Part shown: piece after piece, positions 11,721 to 25,803 of the stretch
Layout of the letters: the number at the start of each line of letters is the position of its first letter
Position numbering within the stretch: position 1 is the stretch's first letter
Origin: Atractiella rhizophila
Taxonomy: Eukaryota
NCBI GenBank assembly: GCA_021432655.1
Contig: MU271185.1
Span: forward strand, 162,287 to 226,286
Reading direction: 5' to 3'
Length of the DNA stretch: 64,000 bases
Position numbers and translations under genes: made by a program
The notes under the pieces: model-generated
What the model was told of the DNA's origin: nothing
Databases searched by the model: none
The model's input: only the letters and a program-made list of their open reading frames with translations

Positions 11721-11933
11721 ATTCTTATCCCACCCTGTGCTGTAAAGTGCAATCAAACATTCAACACGCAACAACATTCCCGAATAGTATTATCCCGATG
11801 ACATCACGTGACAACATGCCAATCGCGCGTCGTTTGTTTTGCCCAACAACGATCGCCATCATCAGCATCAGCACCTTCCTTCCCTTCCTTCACACTTCAC
11901 ATCCACAGCCCAACAAACAACTGGGCCACGCAG

Positions 11934-14900
11934 ATGGCGACGTACCTCCCCGGTCTCTCGACCATCCACGACGACTCGTCCTCCTTCGACCCCGACCCCT
12001 CGAACCAGACGCCGCGTCCGAACCGCACGTTAGGCCGGAACGAGCTCACGTTCGGCTCGCACGTCGAGTCGTTCGATGCGGAGGAGTACGAGGCCGCGCA
12101 GCTGGAGAAGCGGCGGAACCGCGCGCGCAAGGAGGAGCTTGGGTATGGCCATGGGCATATGCGAAAGATGAGTGGTGGGAAAGATTTGGATGTGGATATG
12201 GAGGAGGAGGGGGAGGATTTGTTGGGTGAGCGCCCGCCGCCGACGAAGAGGAATAGCGCGGTGATGGTTTCTGCGCCTGGGATTCGAGTGCGAGTACGGG
12301 CGATGGGGTTGGGACGGAGACGGAGACGCGGGCGACGAGTGTGGAGGACGATTCGTCCTATTTCCTCACCAAGGCTCGGCAGCCTCGTCCTTCCGCTCCC
12401 AAAGAACCAGAGTCTCGCGAGCGTGATCGGAAAGAGAAGGAGAAGGAGAAGGAGAATGGACGGAAGAAATTGCCGATACATGCTCAACCGCAACCTTCGC
12501 CGCCATCCAACTCCCTCAATGTGGGCGAAGAAACGTCTCTCTCCCTCCGCAGGCTGGGGAGCGATTTGGATCGGTATAGGGAGGGAGAGGGGGATACGGA
12601 GTTGAAGGAGCTGAGCGAGTGGAAGAGTGGAGATGGGTTCGAGTTAAAGAAGGAGGGGGAGAGCTTTTATAGCGATGGGTTGAAGAGTGCGAGTAAGGAG
12701 AAGGCGGGGAAGGGGAAGGGGAAGCATAAGATGACGCTTAGGGAACAGGAGAATGTGTGTCTTTTTTTTCTTTGTTGATGGTTTTGGAGGGAAGGAGGAG
12801 CAAATTGATGAGCTCTCAAAGAAGTATTTCTGAGTTATGTTTCTTCGAGACAGTGCTTCGATAATACATTATTCTTTCCTGACCCTCCTCCTCCATCTCT
12901 CATAAAAATACCCAAGATTCTAACACAGTGAAAACCAGGTCATCGACTCCGTCAAGAAAGAAAACTTCAATCTCAAGCTCAAGATCTTCTTCCTCGAAGA
13001 CCGACTTGCCAAGCTCGCGCCCGACCAGATCGACGCCGCCCTGAAAGAGAACATTGAGCTGAAAATCGAGTTCCAAGCGGCACGAACGGAGATGAAGAAG
13101 TACAAGCGGCTCTTGCTCGAGGCGCAGGGGGCGTTGGAGACGTTACAGAAGCAGCAGAAGAGCGGGGAGCGGTTGCGGCCGGGACATGGGGGGGAGAAGG
13201 AGATGGTGGGGAAGTTGGAGAGGGAGGTGGCGAGGTGGAAGAGGGATTATGGGCGGGAGAAGGAGACGAGGGCTCATTTGGAGGAGCAGGTGAGGGAGAT
13301 GAGGAGGGGGGGAAGGATGAGTGAGGGAGAGGTGGATGAGGAGGTCGAGAGGTTGTTGGTTGAGTTGGATAGGGAGAGGGAGGAGAGGGAGGACCTTGCG
13401 GCTGAGTTGGAGGTCGCGAGGGCGAGATTGGATGAGGCGTTGGAGCGTCTGGAGGAGGAGGATGCGATGTCGATGTCGGTCGAGGGGAGGAGGAAGAGGG
13501 CGGGATCGAGACTGAGCGATGCGAGGTGGGATGGGAGGAGTGAGGCGGGCGGAAGCGCGGTGTCGGGCAGTGAGAGGAGGGCAGGGAGAGGGGGGCGATG
13601 AGAGGGGAGAGGTGGCGAGGTTGGAGAGGAGGTTGGCGGATCTCGAACAGGTGCGCTCATTACTCATTTCTCCTTTCCCTTCCTTCATCACCATTGTGTC
13701 GCCGCGTCGTCTTCATGTTGTGGTGTTGACTTGGATGAATTCGACACAGGAAAATGCGTCCCTCCGATCTCAGACGATCGCACAGGTTACGATGCTCACC
13801 TCCCGGAATACGGAGAAAGAGAAGCTGTACGACGAGATTGAAGTCCTAAAAGAAGAGTATGGGCCGTCTTACAGACCGATTTCGAGCGCGTCAAGCGGGA
13901 ACGAGATCGTGAGCGAGCTGGCAGCAGGGCGAGGAGCATGATTGACGATGGAGGGGATGGAGAGAGGAGCAGGGAGGAAATGGAAGATGTTCGTTATCCC
14001 CCAACTCTTCATTCTTGACTCTATTTGCTGATTGTTGGTCGCGTCGAAAGGATATCAATGCGTACCGGGATAAGGTTGCAGCGATGGAGCTGCGCCTTGA
14101 GCAGAAGGAGAAGGAAATAGACGACCTCATGCACGACCTTGATATGCGCGATCAGGAACACGGAGACGAGGTGAAGCGGGCAGAAGAGGATTGGAAGGCT
14201 GAGATTGACGAGGCGCGGGCTGCAAAGGAGGAAATGGCTCTCGTTCGTCTCCCTCTCTTCTGCTACATATTCTTCGGGTGCTCAATGTTTGCTCGTTCGG
14301 GTATGGGTGATAGATGGTGGAGGATCGCGAAGAGGAGATTAAGGAACTTGTGGAGAAGTTTGAGGAATTGGACGCAGTCTCAAAGGAGGATGCGGATCGA
14401 TTGGAAGAATCTCTTGCTCAATTGGAGGAGGCACGAGCTCAATTGGCTGAGAAGGAGAAGGATTTAGAAGAGATGGAGAAGGAAGCAGTCGCGCTAACTG
14501 AAGATCTTAAGACTGTTCGTGTTCCTCCTTCTTTCATCTACTGCTTTACTGACCGATGTCACAGCTGGGTAACCAAGTCAAACTTCTTGAGGATGAGTTG
14601 GAGCAGAAAGATAATAAACTCATTGAGTTCAACAATGAGCTTGACGCTGCCGAAAAGGAGTTGGAGGACAAGCAGGCCCAGCATGAACAGGTAGTCGAGA
14701 CACTGAAGGAGGTTCGTGTTTCATCAAATCTATTACCTCGCTGATGAGTGCTCTGGCAGAAACTCGCGAACGCTAGATCCCGTCTGAACGAAGTGAAGAT
14801 TCAGAACGAGACCTCTGAACGCGAGATCATCTTCCTCCGCGAGCGAGTGGAAGAGCTTGCGCTCAAGACCGCCGAACTCGAGCAAAAGTCGCGCCAGGAC

Positions 14901-16613
14901 AGAGAGGCACGAAGGAAGCTCGAAGACGAAAGGGACGACCTTTTGGCTAAATTGAGGAAGATGGAAGAGCGCCGTGAGGACGACTTGGCGATGTGGAAGA
15001 AGGAGAAGAGGGAGACGGAAGCGAAGTGGGAAAACAACCTGAGATCTAAAGAGAAGGTTTGTCTGTCATCAGCCAACTCGATCGTTGATGTGAACTGCTT
15101 GCATAGGCTCTTGCACAAGCTTTATCCGACTTCGCACAGACGAAACAGAAGCTCGAGATCCGTGAAGCCGATCTTCAAAAGGTACAGGACGGGCTGAAAT
15201 CCATCGAGAACGAGTCGAAGAAACTTGGTGCAACTCATTCAGAAGCACGTTTGTCTCTTGAACTTGAGCTGGAGCGTCTCAAAGGAGACCTTTCTCGATG
15301 CGAAGCGGAATTGAGGAAGGTTCAAGCTGAGCTAGACATCAAAGACCGAGATCTCAGAGAGAAGAGTGTTTCCGTTTCGACGCTGGTCAGTTCCACTCTT
15401 CCTTCATTTCCTTGTATTGATCGAGAAACAGACTTCGGAGAATCGAGATCTTAGCAGCCAGCTAGCAACGCAAACGCAGACCAGGCTGAGTCTTACCGAT
15501 AAGTTGGACGAAACAACCAAGGTATACCGCCTCCTACCTTGCTCGTGGGCTTTCACTAATTACTTTTTCTTCAGTCCCTTCGAGATGCACAAACTGAGCT
15601 CGCCGTCGCCAAGGAGCGCGCCAGTGCGCTTGAACATCAGCTTGCCGCAGATACGAAGAACCTCACGAAAGCCGAACATCAATACCGAGACCAACTGACG
15701 GAGAGAAATACTCTACTCCTAACCGTTTACCAATACCTCGACAAGATCGCAGGATCCGAATGGACACCTGTTCGTCATTTTTCTTTTCCCGGCAGAGGAA
15801 GCATTGATGTGGTGTTTTAGCGCAAACCTGGACAGCAAGAGGCGAAACCATACTCAAATTTCGATGTCTTCCAGGATAACCTCATGAACCGTATGAAGGG
15901 GATTGGAAACTTGAGGACGACATTTGAGAAGCGAGCTAAGGAACTGGAGACCAAGTTCTTTGATCAATTCATGTTCGTTGTTGTATTCCCAACTCACGTC
16001 ATTTGTCACTCATACACAGTACAGGTCGCTGAAGAAGCAGCAAGAAGCAAGGCTCCGCCAACTTGACCGATTTGAAAACTCCATCAAGACAGCGACCGAC
16101 ATGCAGAAGCAATGGCGCCAACGCTTGCAAGCCAAGTCAGCGGAACTCGAAGCGGTTCGAGGCACGAATACCGAGCTGAATCATCAGATCACCTCCCTCA
16201 AATCCCGTGTTTCGAGTGGCACCGAACCCGGAAGTGGAGCAAAGATTTCCGCTCTTCAAGCCAAAGCTTCGACTGCCGAAAGAAAGCTGAATCAGACGCA
16301 AAACCAGCTCTCGATGGCGGAGGAAAAGTTGGAAGATGCACGGATCAAAGTTTCCGTCGCTGAGGGGAAGTGGGAGGCACGACTGAAAGAGTTGGAGGGT
16401 CGTCTGAAGGCTGCGGAGGAGAAGGTGAAGAGGGAGCGGCAGGGAGCGAAAGAGCGGGTCTCGGAGCTCAATGAGACCATCAGGGGATTGGAGAAGCAGG
16501 TTCAGCAGGCTGAAGGGCGGAGGGATAGGCTGTCAAATGTCCTTGACAACGCTAAGAAGAGTCCAAGTCAGACGACTGTCAAAGGTATCTCCTCAAAGGC
16601 TGGGGAGGAGTAG
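11934..16613 (+). CDS. Mto1/ApsB-type gamma-tubulin complex receptor (CM1/Cnn_1N motif, long coiled coil, C-terminal Mto2-binding-like domain), multi-exon
   Basis: MTLREQEN|VIDSVKKENFNLKLKIFFLEDRLAKLAPDQIDAALKENIELK is a CM1 motif. C-terminal WEARLKELEGRLKAAEEKVKRERQGAKERV. Many short introns. Unexplained frame change near 12270. Confidence 0.85.
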
Positions 16614-18137
16614 TGGTTCACGATTCACGACATATACGAAGAGAGTATCATTTTTCGCATGCTTACTCAAGCTGTTTCGTGTTAGATGTGATGTTGTACT
16701 GTAATCATGGCTTCTTGGATCAGTCTTCGACTTTACCCGTCAATAATATCGCTAACAGTTTTACCCGACTGATGTCCCTGATCTCGCGAGGCTGTGGCAA
16801 ATAATGGACCCGTGAATCGTGATAAACGTAATTGTCATTTCTGCAATGCTTCCCACGAACACAACAACTCCATTCCTACTCCTACCAACAAGAAATGACA
16901 TCCAGGCTAAGCGGTAAGCAGAACGGGGGCGAGTACGAGAGAAAGCGGGGGCGTAATCATCTCATGACAAAGACATGACGAGGAGGACGGGGAAAGCAAG
17001 GCTAGGTGGTCGTACAAAAACACGTGCGCTTGACTCTAATTTAACTTAAAGAAGAGAGCGAAGATGTTGAAGCATACGAGCTCTGGCTTGAAAGCTTGAA
17101 AAGAAGCGGTAAAGGTTTGCAAGAAAGACGAAAGAAGTAAGGAAAACAGAGCCAGAACGTAAGTGAAAGAAAAGGTCAAGCAAAGTCAGAAGATGATCTG
17201 CTGTCTGCTCTCTAGGTGCGGAGATTGCTCCAGAAAAAGAATCGGAAGGACAAGAAGTGGAAGGGATAAAAGGAAAACAAGAAACAGTAAGACAGTTTCT
17301 GCGATACCGATACTAAGCGGAAATGGTTGCAAGCGACGCGACGTGTGCAAATAGACATAGATAGGTATAGTAAGGGATAGGCGAAGGGTCGGACGAATAA
17401 TAGGTACTGATCGATAGTTGATCGAGCACTGAAAGGTAGATTGAAGCGGTTGGGAGGAGTTGAAACGATGAAAAAAGGGCTTGAAGCGGCAAGAGATGCA
17501 AAACCTCTATGAAAGCTTGTTGTTGTCGTCAATCAGCGTGAAAATGTTGTTAATGCTTCGATGAAGAATGAAGAAGAAAAGTCGATCAAGAGTAACAAGC
17601 ACGATGGATCACAGAACAGGTTTGGAGGAACTGAAGATGACAGGTACTCCTTCACACAGTAGAATCCACCGAACGTACAAAGATATCAACCCTTTCAACT
17701 GAGGTACTGAAGTTCGAAGAAGGCACAAATATATCAAGTAAACCCTGTCACTGACGAAAGGTACGGTATGCACTGAACAGAACTTGTCACAATTTCGTTT
17801 CGACCAGCCTGGACGATACGAAGACGTAGTCGGGTAGTTGGATCCGCCGAGGTAGCTGATCGGACGGCGGGAATATGAACCTATGTAGAAAACAGCCGAG
17901 AGATACGGAGATCCCAACGTGATGGGAAAGGCGACTAGAGACGAGGGCCGGCGCGTTCTAAGGACCGCGAAACGAATAATCAACGCCGATTTGGATGAGA
18001 CGTTGGCAGGGTCCTCTTCTGTCGGGTATTCTCACTGATACTGCTGATATGCACCACCAAGTAGAAAATGACGCTGTCCAGCACAGCACCTCATCAACTC
18101 CCACTCCATCCGCGGGAGTAAAAGCGACGCACCTCAA

Positions 18138-18760
18138 TCAGGCGAGTTCGAAAGCCGGCAATAAGCCGATGCCGAGTCTCAACCCTCGTTCCTTCTCTCC
18201 TCCTTTCTTCTCGTCTCCTTCCCTTTCCCGCCGATCGAAAGAGACTTCAAACACGTTCTTCTGATCTATCTCCATCAACGCGTCGGGAGAGGCCGAAGGA
18301 GTAAAGAGTCCGGTAGGAGTCGACGAGAAAGCTTTCTTGACTTTCTTCTTGTTCTCTTTCTCTACAATCTTCCGCCTCCCTTTNNNNNNNNNNNNNNNNN
18401 NNNNNNNNNNNNNNNNNNNNNNNNAGCTTTCTTGACTTTCTTCTTGTTCTCTTTCTCTACAATCTTCCGCCTCCCTTTCTCTATCTTCCCCTGCAGCCTC
18501 GCCATCTTCGGATTGGGGTTCTTCGTCGATATCGGGGACGATCGCGAAGAACGCGAGAAATCCAAGCGCGTTTTGCAGCCGTAACGAGGAACTGCGCACC
18601 TCTCCAGAAGGTGGGAGAGGGGTACGACGCGACGATGGGACCTTGGGGAAGGGGTGGCGGTGAGAGTAGGCGCAACGAGAGGGTTTGGCGCACTGGAGGC
18701 GGGGTTCGAGGAGGGGATCTCGTTGGAGTGAGCATGAAACTAGATGTGGAAGCCATTGAG
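18138..18760 (-). CDS. Hypothetical low-complexity protein spanning a spurious gap
   Basis: After collapsing the duplicated gap flanks, one frame reads …KMARLQGKIEKGRRKIVEKENKKKVKKAFSSTPTGLFTPSASPD…LPAFELA*. The 5' structure is unresolved. Confidence 0.35.
18384..18424. other. Assembly gap (41 N) with overlapping duplicated flanks
   Basis: The ~54 nt before the gap (AGCTTTCTTGACTTTC…CTCCCTTT) repeat immediately after it. Confidence 0.95.
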
Positions 18761-20493
18761 AATATTCTACAACCTCCATCTCATCAGCCCGTTTTTGTCG
18801 TGGAAAAGAGAAGTTGACGAACGGGTTGGATCGAGTGGAAATGGATTGCGGGAATTAGAGCGATTAAAACGTGAGTAGCTACGCTGTAAGGGGAGCGGAA
18901 CTGGACGTTGAGAACAAAGCTCGAGCCTGTTGGTGGAAGCCCAAAGAAGAGAGAAAACGAGAAGAATAGAGGTCAAAGCGTGAAACCCGTTGCACCGAAT
19001 AACCGCGTACCTGTTGTAACACAGGACCCCTTCCTCCTCTCAATATAGACGTCTAGAAATGTCTTTGGCCTGTAGCAGTGCCCTGAGGCAGATTTCGCTG
19101 AGGGAATCGTTGTGGCAATAGGGGGGCTCGAGATTGTGGTCGTTGCTCGAAATTTTATCTCTGCCTCGGTGAGATAAGGTTCTGTATCGGCTCCGCGACC
19201 TCCAAACGTGTCAAGCGCCGATCCAAATCTCAGCAAGAGTCTAGTGAGCCAGCCCTCCAACAGCTCCAATCAGATTGTACTGCGTGTGTAAAGCAAGGGA
19301 ACAGTTTCAGTAGACATTACCAAAGTGGGAAAGGTGGGTGGTTGTTTTTTCCGTTTTCCCAGCAAAGCTGGGGTTCGTGCAATCTTGCATTTCATTGCAT
19401 TTGTGGGGTGATCAATGATAAGTGCGTCGATAAACCCTCATGTTGGGGTCGATCATACGATGCATACACCTTCAGCGAACATAAAAGACACTCTTCCAAG
19501 TCAAGTATTGGATGACCTACTTACTTTCTCAATCACCCAGCCAGGCCTGGTGCGGAGGCAAACCTCGTTGTCTTCTCGATTCACACATCTAGCTCTCACA
19601 TGACCGCGAGCGAAATAAGTGGCTCTTCTCAGTTCTTGTTCCAGTAGTAGTATCGGACAATATCTCCCTTCCACCTTGATCAACCTACCTACCGATCGAG
19701 GTCAGGATCTCAGAAGTGTCTGCCTTCCTTCCTCCACAAAGCCCCTCATGTTTCAAGCAGTTCAAGTGGCGGCACTTGAGCGTATATGAAGTTGATTGCA
19801 CATCAAACAATAAAGTGATCATTGTGAATGTCGATCATTGTTTGTTTGGACACATAGTGAATAGTCCCCCTTCTTTCCGGACCTAGTTATTTGTGAGAAC
19901 TGTGAACTCATCGAAACTCTGTTCATTTCGCACACAGGATTCGGTCAACATCGCATCTAACTTCAATCCTGAAGCTAACATAGTTATCGAAGTCTCGAAT
20001 TTCCATTCTGGAGGCCTCATAGGTCTCATCTCCAGAAGAAAGCATGTTTCTTACCGCGTGAGGCATTTGATGGGTTCTCAATTCCTATTCCTGAATGAAA
20101 GATGGAGGCGCCACAATCTCCATAATACTACATTATGGCTAAGTCGTGTATTCCATCGCCGACGCATACGTATAGCCAAATGGCAGAGGAGCAAGTTTAT
20201 GACAACAGTGGTTCTAATGTTCCGACGTGGTTCCAATAGACTGCTACAGCGAGTCACTGGCCTCACCCAGCATGCAGAACACTATCCTGTAGTCCCGCTT
20301 GAAACCGTCCTCAGGGCTTGTCGAAATAAATCCAGCAACGCGCTCCACCTTCCAATAACAGTGCGAGCCTGAATCCAAGCAAATCGCCTAATCCATCGAT
20401 TGCCGTGAACGGTTTTACGCTCTTCTTTTCAGGCTCCGTTCATTGACTCGTTGCGCCGAGAGTGAAGCTTTTAACACTGCCTGTTCTACGGGA

Positions 20494-22206
20494 ATGACCG
20501 AGCAGGAAACGTCGACATTACTCCAGAGCGCTCAGGGGCTAGATCGGCCAGATTTGATAGCGCTAGCCCATCTCATCACCCCAGTGAGATTGAAAAGGGG
20601 CACTCCAATCCATCTCTCCATTCTTTCATCTTTCCTTACCTGCCTACCCCCATCGGTTCATATGCTCCGGATCACCTTTGTCTTACCTCTTCGATTCTGG
20701 ACTTCTGCATACGGACCCTCCAAATTATCCTATTTCTCACTAGAACGTCTTGAAAACGCACTCGAATCTGATGGTACAGTGAATCTTTGCATTACCTTGG
20801 AGGAGAATACCGTCGCACTAACATTTGGGAACCCCCAACATCATGAGTCCGTGGATGACCTGCCCACGAAACCCTTCACTTGCACATTTGATCTCCTTCC
20901 AGGAAATCACTCTCAGGTCATCTTCAGCCCGATCGCCTCATATTCCAACTACGAACAGTGTTTCGTCCCTGTCAGTGTGTCCGAACCAGTGACTCCCTCC
21001 CATCGTTTGGGGACCATCATCCAGCTCTCGCTGACCTCGACCCCAACTCAGAGGAATACTCCATGTACAATCTCACAGCTCCCTGCCGAGCTCCTCTCTC
21101 TCATCTTCGAGTCCATAGCATTCAGAAAATATGAACGGCCCGACTACGGTGATGTTGACGATAAAGTTTTGGAATCCTTCAACCGAGTCTCTGCCGTCTG
21201 CCAGCTGTGGAAGACGATTTCAGTTCCTTACTGGAATGTACCTAGATCCATTGAGAAGAAGCTTGCCCGCTTGAAACTCTATCCCGATGCAGGACGCCTG
21301 TGGAGAACACACGAGTTTGCAGAAGCGAGCAGCGTTGCGATGGTGAAACGCCTTCTGGCCGGCTCACCAAACCTTACGTGTGTAGAGATCGATGCATTTT
21401 GGGATGAGGAGGAAGCGAAGATCGCGTTGAATGCGATTCAAGGCCTAAAAAATCTAGAGGTGGTGTCCTTCGGACCGAAAGGTGCGAGAAAGTGGACGAA
21501 TGGAGAGGTGGAGACTTTCATGCTCGAGATGGGTTCGAGGATCAGACACTTCAGCGTTTGCGAAGTAGTTGACCAGTCTCCAGCTTCCTCTACGCTTTCA
21601 GCATCAGCAGGCCTTCAGTTATTTCCTGGCTTGGTGTCCCTAATGCTTCAGAGGTATCCGCTCTTCTCGCCTCTCTCCTTCCCGCACACCCTCCTGGACC
21701 TGACTCTCTCCCATATGTGCCCTCTACCTCCTTCTATCTCGAGCACCCCTCTGCCCCCTCTTTTAAACCGTCTCGACCTCAGCCTCGCCCCTTATGGAAA
21801 GACCTCCGTGTTATCCACTCCACTCGACTTATCACACCTCTCAAACCTCACGCTGCTCTTGCTCGACGGTGGAGGGGAAACTTCAAACCTTGTTTCCCCC
21901 CAACTCTTCCGCACTCTCAGAAATGCGAAGTCAATTGAGGTCATAGATGTTCGATGTTGTGTGGTAGAGTGGCTTGGTTTCCCACAATATATCCGTTGGT
22001 TCTTTGGGGATCGTGGGAAGATGGATGTGGATGCTGAGCAGAATGTAGCTGACAAAAAGATACAGACCAGAGAAGTCATGTTAAGGGTTCTTTTGTTCTT
22101 CGGCGAATGGCGAAAGGAGGATATCAGTGTTGCACGAAAAACGATGAGAGAGGCGGCAGTAACGAGTTGGTCATGGGTCCGCGAGTGTGGGGACTTGGAG
22201 GAATAG
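20494..22206 (+). CDS. Expanded F-box-like family copy 3
   Basis: ATG context CGGGAATG is shared with copy 1. Contains HLITP…, ISQLPAELLSLIFE, SAVCQLWK and DAFWDEEEAK family motifs. Confidence 0.75.
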   Translation: MTEQETSTLLQSAQGLDRPDLIALAHLITPVRLKRGTPIHLSILSSFLTCLPPSVHMLRITFVLPLRFWTSAYGPSKLSYFSLERLENALESDGTVNLCITLEENTVALTFGNPQHHESVDDLPTKPFTCTFDLLPGNHSQVIFSPIASYSNYEQCFVPVSVSEPVTPSHRLGTIIQLSLTSTPTQRNTPCTISQLPAELLSLIFESIAFRKYERPDYGDVDDKVLESFNRVSAVCQLWKTISVPYWNVPRSIEKKLARLKLYPDAGRLWRTHEFAEASSVAMVKRLLAGSPNLTCVEIDAFWDEEEAKIALNAIQGLKNLEVVSFGPKGARKWTNGEVETFMLEMGSRIRHFSVCEVVDQSPASSTLSASAGLQLFPGLVSLMLQRYPLFSPLSFPHTLLDLTLSHMCPLPPSISSTPLPPLLNRLDLSLAPYGKTSVLSTPLDLSHLSNLTLLLLDGGGETSNLVSPQLFRTLRNAKSIEVIDVRCCVVEWLGFPQYIRWFFGDRGKMDVDAEQNVADKKIQTREVMLRVLLFFGEWRKEDISVARKTMREAAVTSWSWVRECGDLEE

Positions 22207-22494
22207 TGCAGAAGTGTCGAGGAACTCGAACATGACAAAACCTCGAAGGTGACTTATTACAGCAGATGGAACGGAGAACCCACAAACTCAGGATAACTGG
22301 CTAGGAGTATCAAGTCAACGTATTTGCAAGCCACTCCGTGACTAACGATCCATCAATGCTGATCCGAATCTTAAGGTCAATAAAGCTCTAGCTCTAACGT
22401 TCTCAATGTTCCCACTGTTAGCATCGAAAGATAGACGCTATTGGTGGTATTGGTACTTCGCATCCTGCCTTTGCGCCATCTTAACAGTTCTATA

Positions 22495-23178
22495 CTAGGT
22501 ATGTGGGATGTCTGGTGAGAGCTCTTCGTCCTCTTGCATTTCTTCACTCTGTTCATCCAACTTCCTCCATTTTGGTTTGCCATCCTTGACATCCAACACA
22601 CGTTGCTGGTAAAAGATGTGACACCTTTCCGACCTTGTTAGTTTCACATCTCACAACGACAGAGGGATCAGAATGTACGCAGGCTGAAATTTCTCTTGCT
22701 CCTTTCTGTCCTTGAATTTGATGAGAGTCGGGAATATGAGAAACATGTTCCTCCCTTCATCCAAAATCGGAGCTCGACAGTATCCACAACTGATCTTTGT
22801 TGGGAGTTCGTGCGACAATTCCTTCTTAGTGCTGTTGTAGGCAACGAGGTCCTCCTGCCCACTGACGAAGAAGAGATCGTCTTTTTCGAAAATAGCTGCC
22901 CATTGGAATGGTGCACCTTTATATCATTTGCATCACAATTAATTTCAGGCATCTCTTCAAATTTCTGACAGAGACGAACCGTGCATAGTCTGGCAGCTCG
23001 TGCAATGACAGTACTTGGTGTTCAACGGCTTTTCTCTCCCAATTTCGTATTGTACACGGCCGCAATGACAGGTTGCCTTGTAGAGTGGATCGAAATCCGA
23101 CGGACGAGGACGCTTGTAAGGAGGAGCGAGGCGCCAGTTAGATGTTTGAGAAGGGGATTCTGACTGAAGTTGGCTCAT
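22495..23178 (-). CDS. GFA / CENP-V (Mss4-like zinc-binding) protein, 3 exons
   Basis: YKATCHCGRVQY…YCHCTSCQTMHG|APFQWAAIFEK…SCGYCRAPILDEGRNM…|CHIFYQQRVLDVKDGKPKW…PHT*. Confidence 0.9.
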
Positions 23179-23744
23179 CGCAGCTCTTGACTTTAGGTGC
23201 AATTCCCAATGCGTTGTCTTAAAGTTGAAGCTTTCGTTCTGAGTTCTGTTGCTCCTCATCAGACAGCATCTCCGTGCGTTTTATGGTGGTTGCATTTGTG
23301 CGCTGTCCTCATTTGACGTCACGATCCCGATCCCCCTGGCCCAGATCTTCGCAAAGTTGAGACGTGTCGTCCCCTCGTCCCCTCGTTAAAGTAGATCTCC
23401 CTAGTACTCTAGTCTTGAACCAGGTTCGGGAAGAATTCGATGTCGCTCCACACGCTTCAAAAAGACGAGGCTGAACAGATGAGATAGTTTCTCGCTATGA
23501 TGAGGGGAACTGGAGAGCTCTTCGCCATCACCAAAGCAACAATCCTTGTTCTAAGATTGTCAGAGATTGGATTCCGTCTTTGCTGCTGAGGAAAGACAAA
23601 AGAAACCAGATCTGGATCTGAATCCGAAGCTGAAGAAGCGGGGCGGACCAACACAGGGGAAAGATAGATTATCCGCGTCGAAGCGTTTATTATGATGTCC
23701 ACAGGCAAGTCTGCTGCAACTCTCGCCACTGACTATTTGCGAAG

Positions 23745-25803
23745 ATGAAGCCATTCTCGAAGCCATTTGGAGAAGACCGCCTGCACGGGAAGCCTCTGGT
23801 TGCAGTATCACTGGTTGGAACCTGTGCCGGATTCTTGCTTTTTGGGTGCGTCCAATTTTTTTTCTGTTGTGCTGGTCAATTAACGTGTTTGCAGGTATGA
23901 CCAAGGAATAGCGAATGCTTTGACAGGGTCTCGAGACTTTTTTGATCGGTTCCCAATTCTCGAGACCAATACAGATGTGCAAGGAGCAGTGTTAGGCACT
24001 TGTATGTTTTTTCGCTGTCTACCACCTTCTCTCGCGCTAACACCCTCGCCCAGTCGTGTTGGGAGCTGCATTTGGCTCTTTCTTCAATTCTTTCGTCGGG
24101 AACCGACTTCCTCGTCGTGGACTTCTGTGGTTGGGAGTTTTAGGGACAATCTTTGGTGGAGCTCTTCAAGCGGGATCCGTTGATCTCGCAATGTTCATTT
24201 GTGCACGGATAATTAATGGCTTCACAGTTGGAGTTTTGACGAGGTGAGTCCTATTCTTTACTAGAGCTTACCATGTCAGCTGAATACGAATGCAGCATTG
24301 TCCCAACCTACATGGGAGAGCTGAGTCTGTCGATAATTCATCATCCCAACGTTTTGCCTCACTAAGAGATACTAAATCTCAGCAAAGCCGAGGTATCGAG
24401 GCATGATTCTGGCACTTGAACTCGTACTAGGCTCGACAGGTCTCTCGCTCGCATTCTGGGTTTCCTACGCATTTGTACGCGTAATTTTCAAACTTTCGCC
24501 TAATGTTAATCTCGTCTCAGGGTTACACCACCGGCCCAATTTCGTGGAGAATTCCGCTTGCAATCCAGCCAATCATCGCGTTGGTAACGCTATCCTGTCT
24601 TTGCTTCTCACCTGAATCACCGCGTCTCCTTTGCGAGTGGGAACGTTACGACGAGGCTCATACGGTTTTGAGGAGGTTGTATGGATCGGAAGACGCGGAT
24701 AGGATCGTTGCTGAAATTCGGGAAGCGTTGGCGCTTGAGCGAGAGGCGAAAGCTGCAAATGGTGGAGGGTCTGGCTGGTTTGGGAAGGGAGGATGTTTCG
24801 ATAAGTGAGCATATCTCTCGAAAATGTAGACGTGAATTGACAAGGTAATGCAGCAACAAGCAGTGCTTTCGATATCGTACCTCGCTTTCTATCACCGTCA
24901 ACTTCTTTCAGGTTCGTATTTCATCTACAACAATACGTATCTGATAGGTGCGTGCAGCAAGCAACGGGAATCAATATGGCCACCTATTATGCCGGGCCGA
25001 TCCTTTACACAGTGATGGAGCCCCGAAAAGCTCTGCTCGTTCTCGGAGGATTAGGACTGACGGGTCTCCTCTTCTGTGCAATCGGGTGCTTATTCGCCAT
25101 CGAACGTCTGGGGAGAGTGAGAACGATGATGGTCGCCTGCTTCTTCTGCGGAGTGGGCCAATGCATGCTGTACCTTTTCACCATCCTTCTCTAGACCTCC
25201 ACACTCACATTATGGGCTATACAGAGCTGGAGGTGTCGCCCATCTGGGTTCATCCTCTGCCGCCCCCTACGTCGCAACTGTCGGACTGTTTCTCTTCCTT
25301 GACTTCTTCAGCTTCGGCTGGTTAGCTCCTGGTATGCCCAACAGTTCACTTCTCTTCAGATGCTAAGGCGGCGCTCTAGGTTGGATTTATGGTGCTGAAA
25401 TATCAGCTCTTGCGTGTCGTTCGCGAGCCGCAGGTCTGGGTCAGTAACTCCTGACTTCTGCGCAGAGTAGGACTGATAAGATACATTGGGAACAGAGCGG
25501 CCACCCAGTTCCTTTGGAACTTCATCGTTATTCAAATCACTCCTTCCGGTATCAACAACATCGGTTACAAGTTCTACATCCCATGGGCTCTCGCGAACTT
25601 CGTCATGATTCCCACTGCTCTACCTCTTCTTCCCTGAGACCGCCAACCTCTCGCTGGAGGAGATCGACGAGCTGTTCGTTGATGGAAAGGTTAGGGTGAG
25701 ACATTCACCGCGCGAGCAGATTGGAAATGGGAAGAACGGAAGGATCGAGGGAGGGATGGACGAGATGGATAAGAAGGAAAGAGCAGATGGTGGAGAAGTC
25801 TGA
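23745..25803 (+). CDS. MFS sugar (hexose) transporter, multi-exon; +1 frameshift near 25612 in this assembly
   Basis: GFLLFG|YDQG, ARIINGFTVG, SWRIPLAIQ, PESPRLL, QQATGINMATYY and PETANLSLEEIDELF sugar-porter motifs. Confidence 0.9.

Noticed and set aside
13143..13694. Long antisense Pro/Leu-rich ORFs
   Set aside because: They are shadows of the purine-rich coiled-coil exons of the Mto1-like gene.
19300..20370. Possible gene or relic upstream of family copy 3
   Set aside because: No consistent frame or recognisable motif could be assembled.
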